DNA of 64,000 nucleotides from an uncultured Eubacteriales bacterium (GCA_964429695.1 CAYSCS010000073.1:12438-76437), one strand, 5' to 3'; positions 29,770-40,524 are shown, counted from the first letter of the stretch. The notes: a model not told the origin generated them from the sequence alone. Made by a program: numbers and translations.

Positions 29770-30912
29770 ATGATGAACAAAGCCTCGATTTCAAGAAGAA
29801 ATTTTATGAAAGTCGTGCTTTCATCCACGGCTTTTCTTCCTCTTCAAGGTTATCGATTGAGAGGATATCAGAGAGAAAATGCTTCTTCGGAAAAGCAAAT
29901 CGATTGGGGATATCCTCAAGGAGCCATCCGCTTGAATTCAAACGAAAACCCACTCGGCCCTTCTCCCCTGGCAATCTCGGCCATGGAAAAAGCCCTCTCC
30001 TTCGCGCATCGTTATTCAACCCCAAATCAGCTCCTGAAAGAGCTGGCATCCTTTCATCAGGTGCCACAGGATACTGTTCTTGCTGGCTGCGGGTCTACAG
30101 AATTTTTAAAAATAGCTCCCTGGACATTTCTTCGAGAGGGAGGGGAACTCATAATCTCCTTACAGACTTATAAGACTCTGGGGAGAGAGGCAGAGAAAAT
30201 AGGAGCGAAGGTGAAGTGGGTCCCTTTGCGCAAGGACTTCACTCCTGACCTTGATTCCATGAGAAAGGCAATCACCTCGAAGACCAAAATGATTTACCTT
30301 GCCAATCCGAATAACCCTACGGGAACCTTTCTCTCTTTCGAGGATGTAAAAAAGTTCTGTTCCTCGCTTCCTGCAGAAATAATAGTCTTTATCGATGAGG
30401 CATATTCTCATTTTCTTGAGGATGCGAAAGATGGGATTACTCTCGTCAAAGAAGGCTATAATGTAATCATCAGTCGTACCTTTTCTAAAGCCTATGGTCT
30501 CGCAGGGATGCGTTTGGGTTATGTTATTTCTAAGCCCTCAATCATAAAGGCGCTTGAGGCCTTTGGCTTCAGAGACATGGGCATAAATCAGGCGGTCTAT
30601 GCGGCAGCGGTGAACTCTCTTGAAGATGAGAATCACATCCAAAATTATAAAAAGCTGATGAAAGAAGAAAGGGAATTCTACTCTCAACAATTTCGCTCCA
30701 TGGGTTTAGAATACATCATGGGAATAGCTCCTTTCTTGATGGTCAAGGTTACGACCGACTCCAAGGCTCTTCAGAAGAAGCTGGCTCGGAGACATGTCTT
30801 CGTTCGCAAAGGCGAAGATTGGCAGATGCCGGGTTATCTTCGCATCTCTATCGGTCTTCCCGAAGAAAACAGAGCCTGTATTAGGGCGCTGAAGGAAACC
30901 TTGAATATATAA
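29770..30912 (+). CDS. class I/II PLP aminotransferase (HisC/CobD-like) with twin-arginine signal peptide
   Basis: 380 aa; N-terminus SRRNFMKVVLSSTAFLPL (Tat motif S-R-R-x-F-x-K); NENPLGPSP and SKAYGLAGMRLGY blocks. Confidence 0.7.
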   Translation: MMNKASISRRNFMKVVLSSTAFLPLQGYRLRGYQRENASSEKQIDWGYPQGAIRLNSNENPLGPSPLAISAMEKALSFAHRYSTPNQLLKELASFHQVPQDTVLAGCGSTEFLKIAPWTFLREGGELIISLQTYKTLGREAEKIGAKVKWVPLRKDFTPDLDSMRKAITSKTKMIYLANPNNPTGTFLSFEDVKKFCSSLPAEIIVFIDEAYSHFLEDAKDGITLVKEGYNVIISRTFSKAYGLAGMRLGYVISKPSIIKALEAFGFRDMGINQAVYAAAVNSLEDENHIQNYKKLMKEEREFYSQQFRSMGLEYIMGIAPFLMVKVTTDSKALQKKLARRHVFVRKGEDWQMPGYLRISIGLPEENRACIRALKETLNI

Positions 30913-31192
30913 TCCCCTTAAAAATAATGGCTTCCTTTCTTTTTTTGAGGGAGAAGAAGAATTTTTGCATGAAGAATACTTTTCCAAGCTAAAAATTTCT
31001 CAGAGAGCTAGGGAAGATGAGAAAGTTTTTAGAGTTGGGAAGCGATGAGATTTAGTTTCTCGAAGGAGAAATTATTTTTAGATGATTTTTTTAATCTAAA
31101 TAAGATATTATGAAGCAAGTCCAAAAAAATAGGGAGAAATTTGAGAAAAGCTCTGGAAATGAAAAACGATTGAGAAAAGGGAGACGGTTATA

Positions 31193-32308
31193 ATGCCTGC
31201 TGAAAATAAGAAAAAATATCGAGCAGAAAGGATCATAGCCTATGTGGTTGAGATATTAAAGAGACATGGTGTTCCAGAAAAGAAAGCGAGCCTGACTGCT
31301 TCTGTTCTGGTGGAGGCAGACTTGAGGGGAATATTTTCCCACGGCATAAATACCCTCGACCTTTTAATCCTCCCCTCCCTTAGGGAAGGGGGAGCAGACC
31401 CTCTAGCTTTGCCCGAGGATAGGACAAGGAACAAGAAATACCCGATCCGTCACATAGACGCCCACGGAGATTTAGGTCACCCTGTGGCTTTTCAGGCAGT
31501 AGAGATGGTAAAGGATCTTGCGAGAGAATATGGTCTGGGCAAAGTCTACGTTTTTAACGCCAATCATTTTGGAATCGCTGCAGTTTATTCTGAGAAAATC
31601 TGTGCAGAAAAAGACCTTGCAGGCAGGGTTACCTGCACCACACCAGCCGTTGTCATACCTTATGGGGGGAAAAAGGCAAGGCTGGGAACAAATCTCGTTT
31701 GCTGGTCGATTCCTCATCAAAAGGGAGTAGTTACCATCGATATGGCCACCACAATCCATGCTGTAAGCGGAATACTTAAAGCCCTAGTCGAAGGGAAGAC
31801 TTTACCTTTCCCTGTGTTAGATAAAGGAAGAAAAGAAACTGTAGATCCCAGAAAATTTAAGGACCCAGATGATTTTCTAAGGAAGGGAGCGATGATTCCT
31901 CTAGGGGGGATAGGGAAAGGTGGTGCCGATGCCGGGTACAAAGGCACGGGATTGGCAATGTTGATAGAACTGGATAGCGTGATAGGAGGAGGTTTCTCAG
32001 GATATGTGAACCCTACAGTCCATGACAAGAGGCGATGGATAAGACAGAGCTTCGAAGCCTGGCGCATAGATACCTACTCAAAAAGGAAAGATGTGCTTAA
32101 ACACATCACAGAGACTATAGAAGAGATTAGAAAGAATCAGGGAAGCGGGATGCTTCTTCCTGGCGAAATGGAGATTAGAAAGAGAGAAGTTTCTTTACGA
32201 GAGGGGATTCCCTATTTGCCAGAGATGATAAAGAGATTGGAGATAATAGGAAAAGCAGCCGGCTTAGAGGGCATAGAGAAAATTAACAAAAAAATAAGCT
32301 TCAGATGA
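31193..32308 (+). CDS. Ldh_2-family malate/L-lactate/sulfolactate dehydrogenase-like oxidoreductase
   Basis: 371 aa; characteristic GIFSHGIN motif and length of Ldh_2 family. Confidence 0.7.
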   Translation: MPAENKKKYRAERIIAYVVEILKRHGVPEKKASLTASVLVEADLRGIFSHGINTLDLLILPSLREGGADPLALPEDRTRNKKYPIRHIDAHGDLGHPVAFQAVEMVKDLAREYGLGKVYVFNANHFGIAAVYSEKICAEKDLAGRVTCTTPAVVIPYGGKKARLGTNLVCWSIPHQKGVVTIDMATTIHAVSGILKALVEGKTLPFPVLDKGRKETVDPRKFKDPDDFLRKGAMIPLGGIGKGGADAGYKGTGLAMLIELDSVIGGGFSGYVNPTVHDKRRWIRQSFEAWRIDTYSKRKDVLKHITETIEEIRKNQGSGMLLPGEMEIRKREVSLREGIPYLPEMIKRLEIIGKAAGLEGIEKINKKISFR

Positions 32309-32584
32309 GAATAGAGATAATTGGGGAGAAGCTTCTTTCTGAAACTTCCCCCTTAAAGACCGAGGAGGCTAAAAGAAGAATCTCGAAGCACAGGGGAGGA
32401 AGGCATACCTATCTTTTTTGAATCTATTTAGAGGAAGTCTTCAATCTTGTTTCGTTGACTTGACTTTCTATTCTTTCCAAACTATCCTTCAGCCAAATAA
32501 AAACAGAAACTTAGGAGAGTAAAATCGTTTTCTTCAAGCGGAGGGTAAACTTGATGAGTTAAAAATAATTTATAAGGAGGCAAG

Positions 32585-34144
32585 ATGAGAAGGAGAGGAG
32601 CCTATATTTTTTTATTGATTTCTTTAGGTTTCCTGGGCCATATCCTGAACGACAACAAGGGATTTGGAAAAGAAGCTGGGCAAATTTCGAGAGAGGAATT
32701 GATTTACAAACTTCCTCCTGGCTGGCTTATCGACCCGATCCAGGCAGGCCCTACTTTGATTGCTCATTATACTTATTATCAGAGCGGCAAGCCCTATGCA
32801 GAATTATATATCATGAAAGAATCCCGAGGAGGAGAGAAGAGCTTGACTCAGGTTTTTGAGGAAGCCTTGGAAAAAGGAAAACCCAGTCTTCCCTATTATC
32901 AACCCCAGGGAACGCAGAGGATTATGGTTGCAGGTGCGGAGGCTATTCTTCACGATTTTACTTACCTTGTCGGAGGCAATGTTCTCTTTTATGGTCGAGT
33001 GTATGTCATGATTGTCGATGACATGGTCTATTCCTTCTTTTTCAACACCCCAAATTCTCATTTCAGCTGGGTTCAAAACTCATTCTCTGAGGTCATGAAT
33101 TCTGTTCAGATCTCTAAGAGCCTTCAGGAAGCAAGAGGAATAAAACCCGAGCCAGAAAAACCTCTAATTTGCGAGGAGTATGGGCTTATTTTTGAGCTTC
33201 CTCAAGGATGGAGCCTTTCTTCTGCTTCAGAGGGGGCAAAATATAGATATTATTCACCACAGGGAATGCTTCTCTGTTCCCTGTCAGTCTCCAAACTTGA
33301 GGAAATGAGTTCTTTGTTTGCAGTCTTCGAAAGTCCCTCATCCCAGCTTGAAAGAGCCCTTGAAAAGAGAAAGAATGAAACCTATTCAAAATTCCAAGGT
33401 TATTCACCCTTGGCTACAATTAAATCCCAGGTAGCTGGATTCGAATCCTTAATCCATGATTTTAATTTTCAGGACCAAAATTTGAAAGGCTTTTATAGAG
33501 CAGTCTTCATTGCCGTCAAAGAAAAAGATGATACACGAGAAAAGCGTTATTTTCCTGTTGTTCATGAGTTCGCTTTCATGTCGCTGAGGGAAGATAGGTT
33601 AGAAGGGATGAAGGCTCAAATGGATGAGATCATAAGGTCAATCAGGCTCAAAGGTTCTCTCCCACCTCAGAGTTCCCCTAAAGAAACAAGCGATTTTTCA
33701 AAGCCTTCAAAACCTGAATTTCCTCTATTAGTCTACATCGATGATAAAGGACGCTTTCAAATTCCCCTCCCCCCAGAAACAGAATTATTTCGCAGGGAAG
33801 GAAAAATGACTTCATACAAGATTAGAAGTAAAAAAGGATATTTTCAAATCTGGAATTTGGATTCCTTTGATGAAATGGAAAAAATAGATTTAATCAACAG
33901 AGATTTATACAAGGTAGAAAAAGGGCCTTTCTCTGAGGCAATTTCAACGAATCTCGAAGGGAAAGAATTTTTATTCCACGCTTACTCAGGTAAAGACCCT
34001 CTTGATCGAGATATTGCCTTCATTTCAGCCTGGTATTCTGAAATCTATCTTCTCATCATCATCACTGTTCCTCTCGATGAATATGAGAGTTCCCTCAACT
34101 GGATTAATGATTTCTTAAAGGGTGTGGATTATCTTAAGGAATGA
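32585..34144 (+). CDS. secreted hypothetical protein with three tandem LP(P)GW-containing modules
   Basis: signal peptide; internal repeats beginning YKLPPGWLIDP / FELPQGWSLS / FQIPLPPETELF. Confidence 0.45.
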   Translation: MRRRGAYIFLLISLGFLGHILNDNKGFGKEAGQISREELIYKLPPGWLIDPIQAGPTLIAHYTYYQSGKPYAELYIMKESRGGEKSLTQVFEEALEKGKPSLPYYQPQGTQRIMVAGAEAILHDFTYLVGGNVLFYGRVYVMIVDDMVYSFFFNTPNSHFSWVQNSFSEVMNSVQISKSLQEARGIKPEPEKPLICEEYGLIFELPQGWSLSSASEGAKYRYYSPQGMLLCSLSVSKLEEMSSLFAVFESPSSQLERALEKRKNETYSKFQGYSPLATIKSQVAGFESLIHDFNFQDQNLKGFYRAVFIAVKEKDDTREKRYFPVVHEFAFMSLREDRLEGMKAQMDEIIRSIRLKGSLPPQSSPKETSDFSKPSKPEFPLLVYIDDKGRFQIPLPPETELFRREGKMTSYKIRSKKGYFQIWNLDSFDEMEKIDLINRDLYKVEKGPFSEAISTNLEGKEFLFHAYSGKDPLDRDIAFISAWYSEIYLLIIITVPLDEYESSLNWINDFLKGVDYLKE

Positions 34145-34553
34145 TAACACTTTCTCTGCCCTGCAATCACTCCCTCAGTCCGCAGGATAAATGATAATCA
34201 TCCCGGAATTGAGTGTCGGTATGAAGCAATATTTACTTCACTCAGGGTGAAAAGAATTTTAAAAATTTAGATTCCTCCGGATTCATGGTGGGCAAAAAAA
34301 GATACTTTCAGAGGACTAAAAATGGACTCAGACTAGTTGAGTTCATTATGGATAAGGCTAATTGGATGAAAGTCAATAAAATAAGAAGCATTCATTCTCA
34401 ATTTTTCTCTCAAAAGACCTCATCTAAAGTATCTCTTGATTTTTTTAGGTTGGACTTACCGGGTTTACTCAAAAAAATAAAGGGATATAAATTTCTAAAG
34501 GAATTTAGACCGACTTTCTCCTCGGGCAAGGAAGAAAAAAGATTTCATCAAAT

Positions 34554-36638
34554 TTAATTGAAAAAGCGCTCAATTTTCTCCTTCCATTCTTTGCGGCGCA
34601 GAAATTTTTCATTCTCATAAATCTCCCTTGTGAAGGTCACATAGAAATATTTACTATCAGAGCTAATTTCAGCCTTGGTGAGAAGATAAATCGTTCGTCC
34701 TGGGAGCTCAATTCGGTTGCTTGCCTCTCCAAGGAAGAGTGAGCGAGCAGGGTCCTTTTCGTTTGTCTGGTAGTAATTCTTTTCAGTCGAATGGTAGCGG
34801 CGGTTTTCTATTTCGTAACTACTCCATCCTCTCCATTCCACGCTGACAACGCCCTTCCAGAGGTCCCTTCTCCATTCATAGAATCCTTTTGGCCAAGCCC
34901 CGCCACCTAGGTCTCGACAGTCTGGGCGTGCCTCTCTCGGTTCAGGCGGGAGTAGGGAAGGTTTCTTATGACCGTGAGAAGGGATAACAGGCAATTCAAT
35001 ACGGGTATTTTCTGTTCCCAGGTATAATTTTGTCGTCATTTGGTGGGGAGTTGGCCAGATCATGGGAAAGAGGGAGTTGCTCACAGAAACACGGATTCGG
35101 TGCCCTTTCTTGAAGGTCCAGGTGGTAAAATGCATCTCAAACTCAAGGTCATATTCTTGGAAGGGTTTAAGGGGCTCTGGTTCAAGCCTTGAGTTGCGTT
35201 GGGAGGAATTGAGTAAGGCACCGGTGACAAGGGAGACCCTCCCATCTGGCCAGACATCCTCGAGCCTGGCTACCCAGTGAGCAAGAGGAGCATCAGCCGA
35301 GACACGGAGGAAGACTCGAGGAAAACCGGCAATCACGAACTCTTCTTCGAGGATCTGGCTTGAAAAGACAAGGCTTCCTGCATCGTCAGGACGCATGTCG
35401 TCTGTAGCCTCCCCCCACCATAGTCCGGTGGCTATGCCATAAGTCGGGATGTAGCGAAGGCTTTCAATCCCTTCTTTACCTAGACCTTCAAGGAGCTGAG
35501 AATTTTGGGATGGATAGAACTTTTTCCAGGTTGTTTCCGGAATCGGCCACTCTCCAGATATCCAGTATCCAGGTGTAATTTCGAGTTCGGGGTCGGGTGG
35601 ATGGGCTTCACGGATGAAAAGGATAAAGCGGGGTTCATCGAGGATTCCTGTCTCCTTTCCCTTCAACCACTGGTCCCACCAGCGCACGGCTTCATGCCGC
35701 CATTCATAATTCGGACCGGGCACCCCATCATCGGGCCAAGAGTGATTGTAAGGTCCCATCACCGCTTTTAGAGGAACTTTCATCTTCTCCAGCATCCGGG
35801 GAATGCTATCTCTATAACCATCGAGCAAGCCTCCGATTAGATAACAGGGAATCTGAATTCTATCATACTGCCAGCGCAGCGAATTTTTTCTCCAGAAATC
35901 ACCGTCTTTTTGTTGCTTGAGATAGGTAAGAAGACCGGGGTAGGAATTGAATCGATTCTCAAAATATTCATCATTAAGGAGGTAGTCAGGGGTAGCAGGT
36001 AGAGCCTTGGCATGGTCAAACCAGAATGCCCATTCATCCACATGGAAAGCACCATCGATGTAGTGAATGTCGTCGTGGAAGAGGTCGTCAGTGGCCATTG
36101 CCGCCAGGATTGCCTTGAGAGCAGGAGGCCTTCTCATTGCCACTTGAATCGAGTTGAATCCTCCCCAGGATATACCCCACATTCCTACGTTGCCGTTAGA
36201 TTCTGGGAGTTTTGAGAGTTGGTCGATGACCTCAAGAGCATCCTCAAGCTCTTCTTCTGAATATTCGCGGAGAGGGAAAGTTCCTTCAGAAGAGCCCGTG
36301 CCTCGAATGTCTACTGAAGCCATGATGAATCCCCGACGGACAAAGTAGGTGTATTTTGCATAAGTTCCTGAATAGCTTTCATCATCCTTCCGGTAAGGAA
36401 GATACTCAAGGATGACAGGGAATTTTTCTTGAGGGATACGTGGCACAGGCTTGTAGAGGGTGGCAGAGAGGCGGATGCCATCTTTCATCGTTAACCAGGT
36501 GGTCTCAATCACAAAATCATAAACAGGCTGAGAAAGCTCGGGATTAGCCTTTTGGAAGGAAAAAAGAGGAAGAAAGAAATAGCCAAAAAGGAAGATAATG
36601 AGAATAGACCGAACTTCAGCCTTCGATTTTTTTTGCAT
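34554..36638 (-). CDS. secreted CocE/NonD-family (S15 X-Pro dipeptidyl-peptidase-like) hydrolase
   Basis: 694 aa; signal peptide; alpha/beta-hydrolase nucleophile GISWGG and long C-terminal beta-sandwich typical of CocE/NonD. Confidence 0.75.
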   Translation of the reverse strand: MQKKSKAEVRSILIIFLFGYFFLPLFSFQKANPELSQPVYDFVIETTWLTMKDGIRLSATLYKPVPRIPQEKFPVILEYLPYRKDDESYSGTYAKYTYFVRRGFIMASVDIRGTGSSEGTFPLREYSEEELEDALEVIDQLSKLPESNGNVGMWGISWGGFNSIQVAMRRPPALKAILAAMATDDLFHDDIHYIDGAFHVDEWAFWFDHAKALPATPDYLLNDEYFENRFNSYPGLLTYLKQQKDGDFWRKNSLRWQYDRIQIPCYLIGGLLDGYRDSIPRMLEKMKVPLKAVMGPYNHSWPDDGVPGPNYEWRHEAVRWWDQWLKGKETGILDEPRFILFIREAHPPDPELEITPGYWISGEWPIPETTWKKFYPSQNSQLLEGLGKEGIESLRYIPTYGIATGLWWGEATDDMRPDDAGSLVFSSQILEEEFVIAGFPRVFLRVSADAPLAHWVARLEDVWPDGRVSLVTGALLNSSQRNSRLEPEPLKPFQEYDLEFEMHFTTWTFKKGHRIRVSVSNSLFPMIWPTPHQMTTKLYLGTENTRIELPVIPSHGHKKPSLLPPEPREARPDCRDLGGGAWPKGFYEWRRDLWKGVVSVEWRGWSSYEIENRRYHSTEKNYYQTNEKDPARSLFLGEASNRIELPGRTIYLLTKAEISSDSKYFYVTFTREIYENEKFLRRKEWKEKIERFFN

Positions 36639-36663
36639 TTTCCCTCCCTTCGATAAGCGATAA

Positions 36664-37056
36664 TTATTTTATCCGATAAAACCACATGAGAGGTAGCCAG
36701 AGTTGATGTCCATAGGGAATTCTCTTGTGATTAACTAGAATTTCTGTGCTTTCCCAATCGTGAACGAAGTTGAAGAGTTGGAAGAGGTCCTCAACCTCCT
36801 CAGGAGTATAGGTGGCAGAATGACGAATCCATTCGCCACTTCCTGTTTCTTCATATGTGGGGTTTTTTTTCGCTAGGCTAACAGCTGTCTCATAGTTAGG
36901 AGAACTCTTATAACCGAAGCTCACCGTAATCTTGAAGCATTTCGCGCGAGTGCTTGGGTTTAAAATGTTCTCCAATTTTTCTTCTGTTATTTCATCCATC
37001 TCGTTCAAGTCTGAAGGCATCCTTCTCTTTCTTTTTTCTGAGTTACTCATCCTCAT
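36664..37056 (-). CDS. hypothetical protein
   Basis: 130 aa ORF with good coding periodicity between two confident genes; no recognisable motif. Confidence 0.4.
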   Translation of the reverse strand: MRMSNSEKRKRRMPSDLNEMDEITEEKLENILNPSTRAKCFKITVSFGYKSSPNYETAVSLAKKNPTYEETGSGEWIRHSATYTPEEVEDLFQLFNFVHDWESTEILVNHKRIPYGHQLWLPLMWFYRIK

Positions 37057-37110
37057 TCACTTCATTCGCTAAATTTTCACTGCCTTTTATAAGCCATAGA
37101 TTACCTTTTG

Positions 37111-38142
37111 TCAAATGATGAACATGCAATCGCCGTAGCTGTAGAACCTGTATTTTCTCTCGATAGCTTCTCTGTATGCTTCCTTGATGAGCTCAAGACC
37201 GGCAAAGGCTGCCACAAGCATCAGGAGGGTAGATCGAGGAAGATGAAAATTTGTGAGGAGCCTATCTATAACTTTGAACTCATATCCTGGATAGATGAAG
37301 AGCTCTGTTGTTTTTTTCCCTGGAACAATCTTATTTTCCGCGAAAGCACTTTCTAAGGTTCGTACACATGTGGTCCCTACTGCGACTATCGGTTTCGCCT
37401 CTTTCTTTGCTCGATTTATGCGCTCGGCTGCTTTCTCCTCTATCATATAAGTCTCAGGAAGAATCTTATGTTTTTCGACATACTCACTTCTTATGGGTTG
37501 GAAAGTGGCCAGGCCTATGTCGAGGGTAATTAAGGTAATTAAAACTCCTTTTTTTTCAATCGATTCCAAGAGCTCAGGTGTGAAATGTAGTCCAGCCGTC
37601 GGGGCAGCAATGGCACCTTCTTTCTGTGCGTATACAGTCTGATATCTCTTTAGGTCTACCTCTCTCATCTTTTGATTTTCTCTATCTCTCTTGATATATG
37701 GGGGGAGGGGAGCAAAGCCCTTTTCCTTGAGGAAAGGAAGCAAATCAGGGGAGGAAAAGGAGATGACCCTTATCCCTTCTCCGCCCGTTTTGATGATTTT
37801 TCCCTTTAAGTTAGAATCAAAGTAAATCGTATCGCCCGTCTTTATTCTCTTTGCTGGCCGGGAGAGTGCTTCCCATACTCCCTTTTCAATCTCTCTCAGG
37901 AGCAGAAATTCAATCTTCTTCCCTTCTTTCTCACCCCAAATCTTTCCAGGAATGACCTTGGCGTTGTTGAGAACAAGAACATCCCCTGGGGATAGAAATT
38001 CTACAAATTCTGAGAAGTGGGTATGGAAAAACTTACCTGTTTTTCGCTCCACAACCATCAATCTTGATTGATCTCTGCGAGCCAGGGGCTCCTGAGCGAT
38101 AAGAGAAGGCGGAAGCTCATAGTCAAAATCAGAGACCCTCAT
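37111..38142 (-). CDS. queA: S-adenosylmethionine:tRNA ribosyltransferase-isomerase
   Basis: MRVSDFDYELPPSLIAQEP N-terminus typical of QueA; start moved to ATG at 38142. Confidence 0.85.
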   Translation of the reverse strand: MRVSDFDYELPPSLIAQEPLARRDQSRLMVVERKTGKFFHTHFSEFVEFLSPGDVLVLNNAKVIPGKIWGEKEGKKIEFLLLREIEKGVWEALSRPAKRIKTGDTIYFDSNLKGKIIKTGGEGIRVISFSSPDLLPFLKEKGFAPLPPYIKRDRENQKMREVDLKRYQTVYAQKEGAIAAPTAGLHFTPELLESIEKKGVLITLITLDIGLATFQPIRSEYVEKHKILPETYMIEEKAAERINRAKKEAKPIVAVGTTCVRTLESAFAENKIVPGKKTTELFIYPGYEFKVIDRLLTNFHLPRSTLLMLVAAFAGLELIKEAYREAIERKYRFYSYGDCMFII

Positions 38143-38242
38143 CTTTTCTTTGCCCATTAATCTTCTCCTCAGGGGCTGCATTTATTATATCAGAAGGAAG
38201 AAATTTTGAGAGAAGCTCTAAAAGCAAGGATTCTTTATGTCT

Positions 38243-39280
38243 TCAGAAGAGCTTCTTCTGCAGGGAGGGTGAAGACTTAAACCCGAGATGTTCGTACGCT
38301 TTTTGGGTAACTTTCCTCCCTCTAAGGGTTCTTTCCAGGAAACCAATCCTCATCAGAAACGGCTCATAGATTGACTCTATGGTATCCTTTTCTTCGTCTA
38401 TTGAGGCCGAGAGGGTGTTGATGCCAACAGGACCTCCATTGAAATTTTCGATGATTGTCAAGAGGATTTTTCTATCCACATCATCGAGCCCCACGGAGTC
38501 TACCTCCATCATGTCCAGGGCTTCCTTTGCTTCCTTTAAGGTTATTCTTCCCTCTCCTTTTACTTCCGCATAGTCTCTTACCCTTCTCAAAAGCCTGTTG
38601 GCTACTCTTGGAGTTCCTCGCGAACGCTCTGCAATCTGTTGTGCTCCTTTCTCATCTATGGAAATGTGGAGGATGGAAGAAGACCTCTTGATGATTTTTT
38701 TTAGCTCTTCTTCACTGTAGTAATCCAGTCGATGGATGATTCCAAACCTTCCCCGCAAGGGAGGGGTAATCCTTCCTGCACGTGTTGTTGCTCCAATCAA
38801 AGTGAATTTTTTTAGTTGTAACTTATGAGTCCGTGCGCTCGGCCCCTGTCCAATCATGATGTCAAGGCTGAAATCTTCCATTGCCGAATAAAGTATTTCT
38901 TCTACCGATGGAGGCAGGCGATGAATTTCATCTATGAACAGGATTTCTTTATGCTGCAGGTTCGAGAGAATCGCAGAGAGGTCTCCTGTCCTTTCAATCA
39001 CAGGGCCTGAAGTGGGTTTAATCCCCACTCCCATTTCCTTGGCGATGAGGTAGGCAAGGCTTGTTTTCCCCAAGCCTGGTGGCCCGTAGAGCAGAACATG
39101 GTCGAGTTGTTCTCCCCTTTTTTTTGCAGCCTGGATGAAGATTTTCAGATTTGTCTTTACCGTCTTCTGCCCCACAAACTCATCGAATGTCTTTGGCCTG
39201 AGGCTATCTTCAAAAAGGATGTCTTCCTTTGTTCTCACAGGGGTGAGGACTGCTTCGCGGGGTGAATTCATCTTTGTCAT
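38243..39280 (-). CDS. ruvB: Holliday junction branch-migration helicase RuvB
   Basis: Walker [18 protein letters not shown]+ layout, RuvB C-terminal winged helix. Confidence 0.9.
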   Translation of the reverse strand: MTKMNSPREAVLTPVRTKEDILFEDSLRPKTFDEFVGQKTVKTNLKIFIQAAKKRGEQLDHVLLYGPPGLGKTSLAYLIAKEMGVGIKPTSGPVIERTGDLSAILSNLQHKEILFIDEIHRLPPSVEEILYSAMEDFSLDIMIGQGPSARTHKLQLKKFTLIGATTRAGRITPPLRGRFGIIHRLDYYSEEELKKIIKRSSSILHISIDEKGAQQIAERSRGTPRVANRLLRRVRDYAEVKGEGRITLKEAKEALDMMEVDSVGLDDVDRKILLTIIENFNGGPVGINTLSASIDEEKDTIESIYEPFLMRIGFLERTLRGRKVTQKAYEHLGFKSSPSLQKKLF

Positions 39281-39431
39281 CTCTTATCTTTCAGCTCCGA
39301 TTTCCCCAGTTTCCTGCCTTCGAAAGTCATTATTTTGAGCCTTTATGGCACGCGGTTCGAAGCTTTTCTTCCTCTGGCTTAAAAGCCATAGTTTTTACTT
39401 TCACTCTTGAGGCAACTTTCATCCAGCTTAT

Positions 39432-40019
39432 CTAAACCTTAGCCAATCTCCTCAAGCTCTCCCTGAGGAGGTCTTCAAATCCTGCCTCTTGGCTGAGCTC
39501 CCTCAATGTTTCTTCAACGACGGGCACAATTTCTTTTCGTTTAAAGCCGAGATTCATAAGCGCCGAGATGAGGTCATCTCTTTCTCTTGTGGTCTTTGCC
39601 TTTAGCAGTTTTTCTTTTTCCTCGAGCTTTTCCTGAAGCTCGAGCACAATGCGTGAGGCTATTTTTTTTCCTATCCCAGGAATGAGTGTCATTCGGGTCA
39701 CATCCCCTCTTTTTATGGATTCCTTGAGGTCAGACACTTCTATTCCTGAAAGCACATTGAGAGCTATCTTCGGTCCTATTCCTGAAATTCCTATGAGTTT
39801 TAAAAATATCTCTCTCTCATCTTCGTTAGAAAAACCATAAAGGTTCAACGCATTGTCAGTGAGGTGGGTATAAACAAAAATTTCAACGGCTTCCCCGCAT
39901 TCGCCGAGCTTGAGATATGTTGAAAGGGGAATCCCCAGGCAATAGCCCACACCTCCGGTGTCAACCACGATTTGGTTAGGTGATTTCTGAATTAAAATCC
40001 CTTTTAGATAAGCAATCAT
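39432..40019 (-). CDS. ruvA: Holliday junction DNA helicase subunit RuvA
   Basis: MIAYLKG...DTGGVGY N-terminus and HhH region (GIGPKIA) typical of RuvA. Confidence 0.85.
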   Translation of the reverse strand: MIAYLKGILIQKSPNQIVVDTGGVGYCLGIPLSTYLKLGECGEAVEIFVYTHLTDNALNLYGFSNEDEREIFLKLIGISGIGPKIALNVLSGIEVSDLKESIKRGDVTRMTLIPGIGKKIASRIVLELQEKLEEKEKLLKAKTTRERDDLISALMNLGFKRKEIVPVVEETLRELSQEAGFEDLLRESLRRLAKV

Positions 40020-40522
40020 CGATTTTCCTCAATTTTACTCCGATAACCCCTATTATTGAGATGACAGAAGGCAGCCGCGAGCGCGTCCGAAGCATCTGTA
40101 GAGAGCCTTTCATCTTTTATGCTCAGGAGAGTTTTAATCATTGTTCTCACCTGGTTTTTATCAGCCTGGCCATATCCTGTTACAGCTTTTTTTATTTCAA
40201 GAGGAGAATACTCATAAAGGGTACATTTACTGGAGGCAATCGCAACGAGGGTGGCTCCTCTTACCTGACCGAGGGTGATGGCCGTCTTTATGTTCTGAGC
40301 ATAGAAGGGGTTTTCAATGGCCACTTCATCTGGTTTGAAGCATTGGATGAGTTCTTCGAGCTGGGACCTTATCTCGTTTATTTTTTGATGGAAGAGAAGT
40401 CGAGGAGCTGGTTTTATGACTCCATAATGAATTGCCTTATAATTTTTTTCATCGAATTCGATTATCCCGTAACCTGTTGAATTAATGCTTGGGTCGATTC
40501 CGAGAACCCTCATCAAACTCAT
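40016..40522 (-). CDS. ruvC: crossover junction endodeoxyribonuclease RuvC
   Basis: RVLGIDPS...GYG RNase-H-like N-terminus; ATGA overlap with ruvA; start may be the internal Met at 40513. Confidence 0.85.
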   Translation of the reverse strand: MSLMRVLGIDPSINSTGYGIIEFDEKNYKAIHYGVIKPAPRLLFHQKINEIRSQLEELIQCFKPDEVAIENPFYAQNIKTAITLGQVRGATLVAIASSKCTLYEYSPLEIKKAVTGYGQADKNQVRTMIKTLLSIKDERLSTDASDALAAAFCHLNNRGYRSKIEENR

Positions 40523-40524
40523 TT

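Noticed and set aside
34285-34557. 90-aa plus-strand ORF convergent with and overlapping the end of the CocE/NonD gene
   Set aside because: Basic low-complexity product, no motif; cannot exclude a small protein but there is no support
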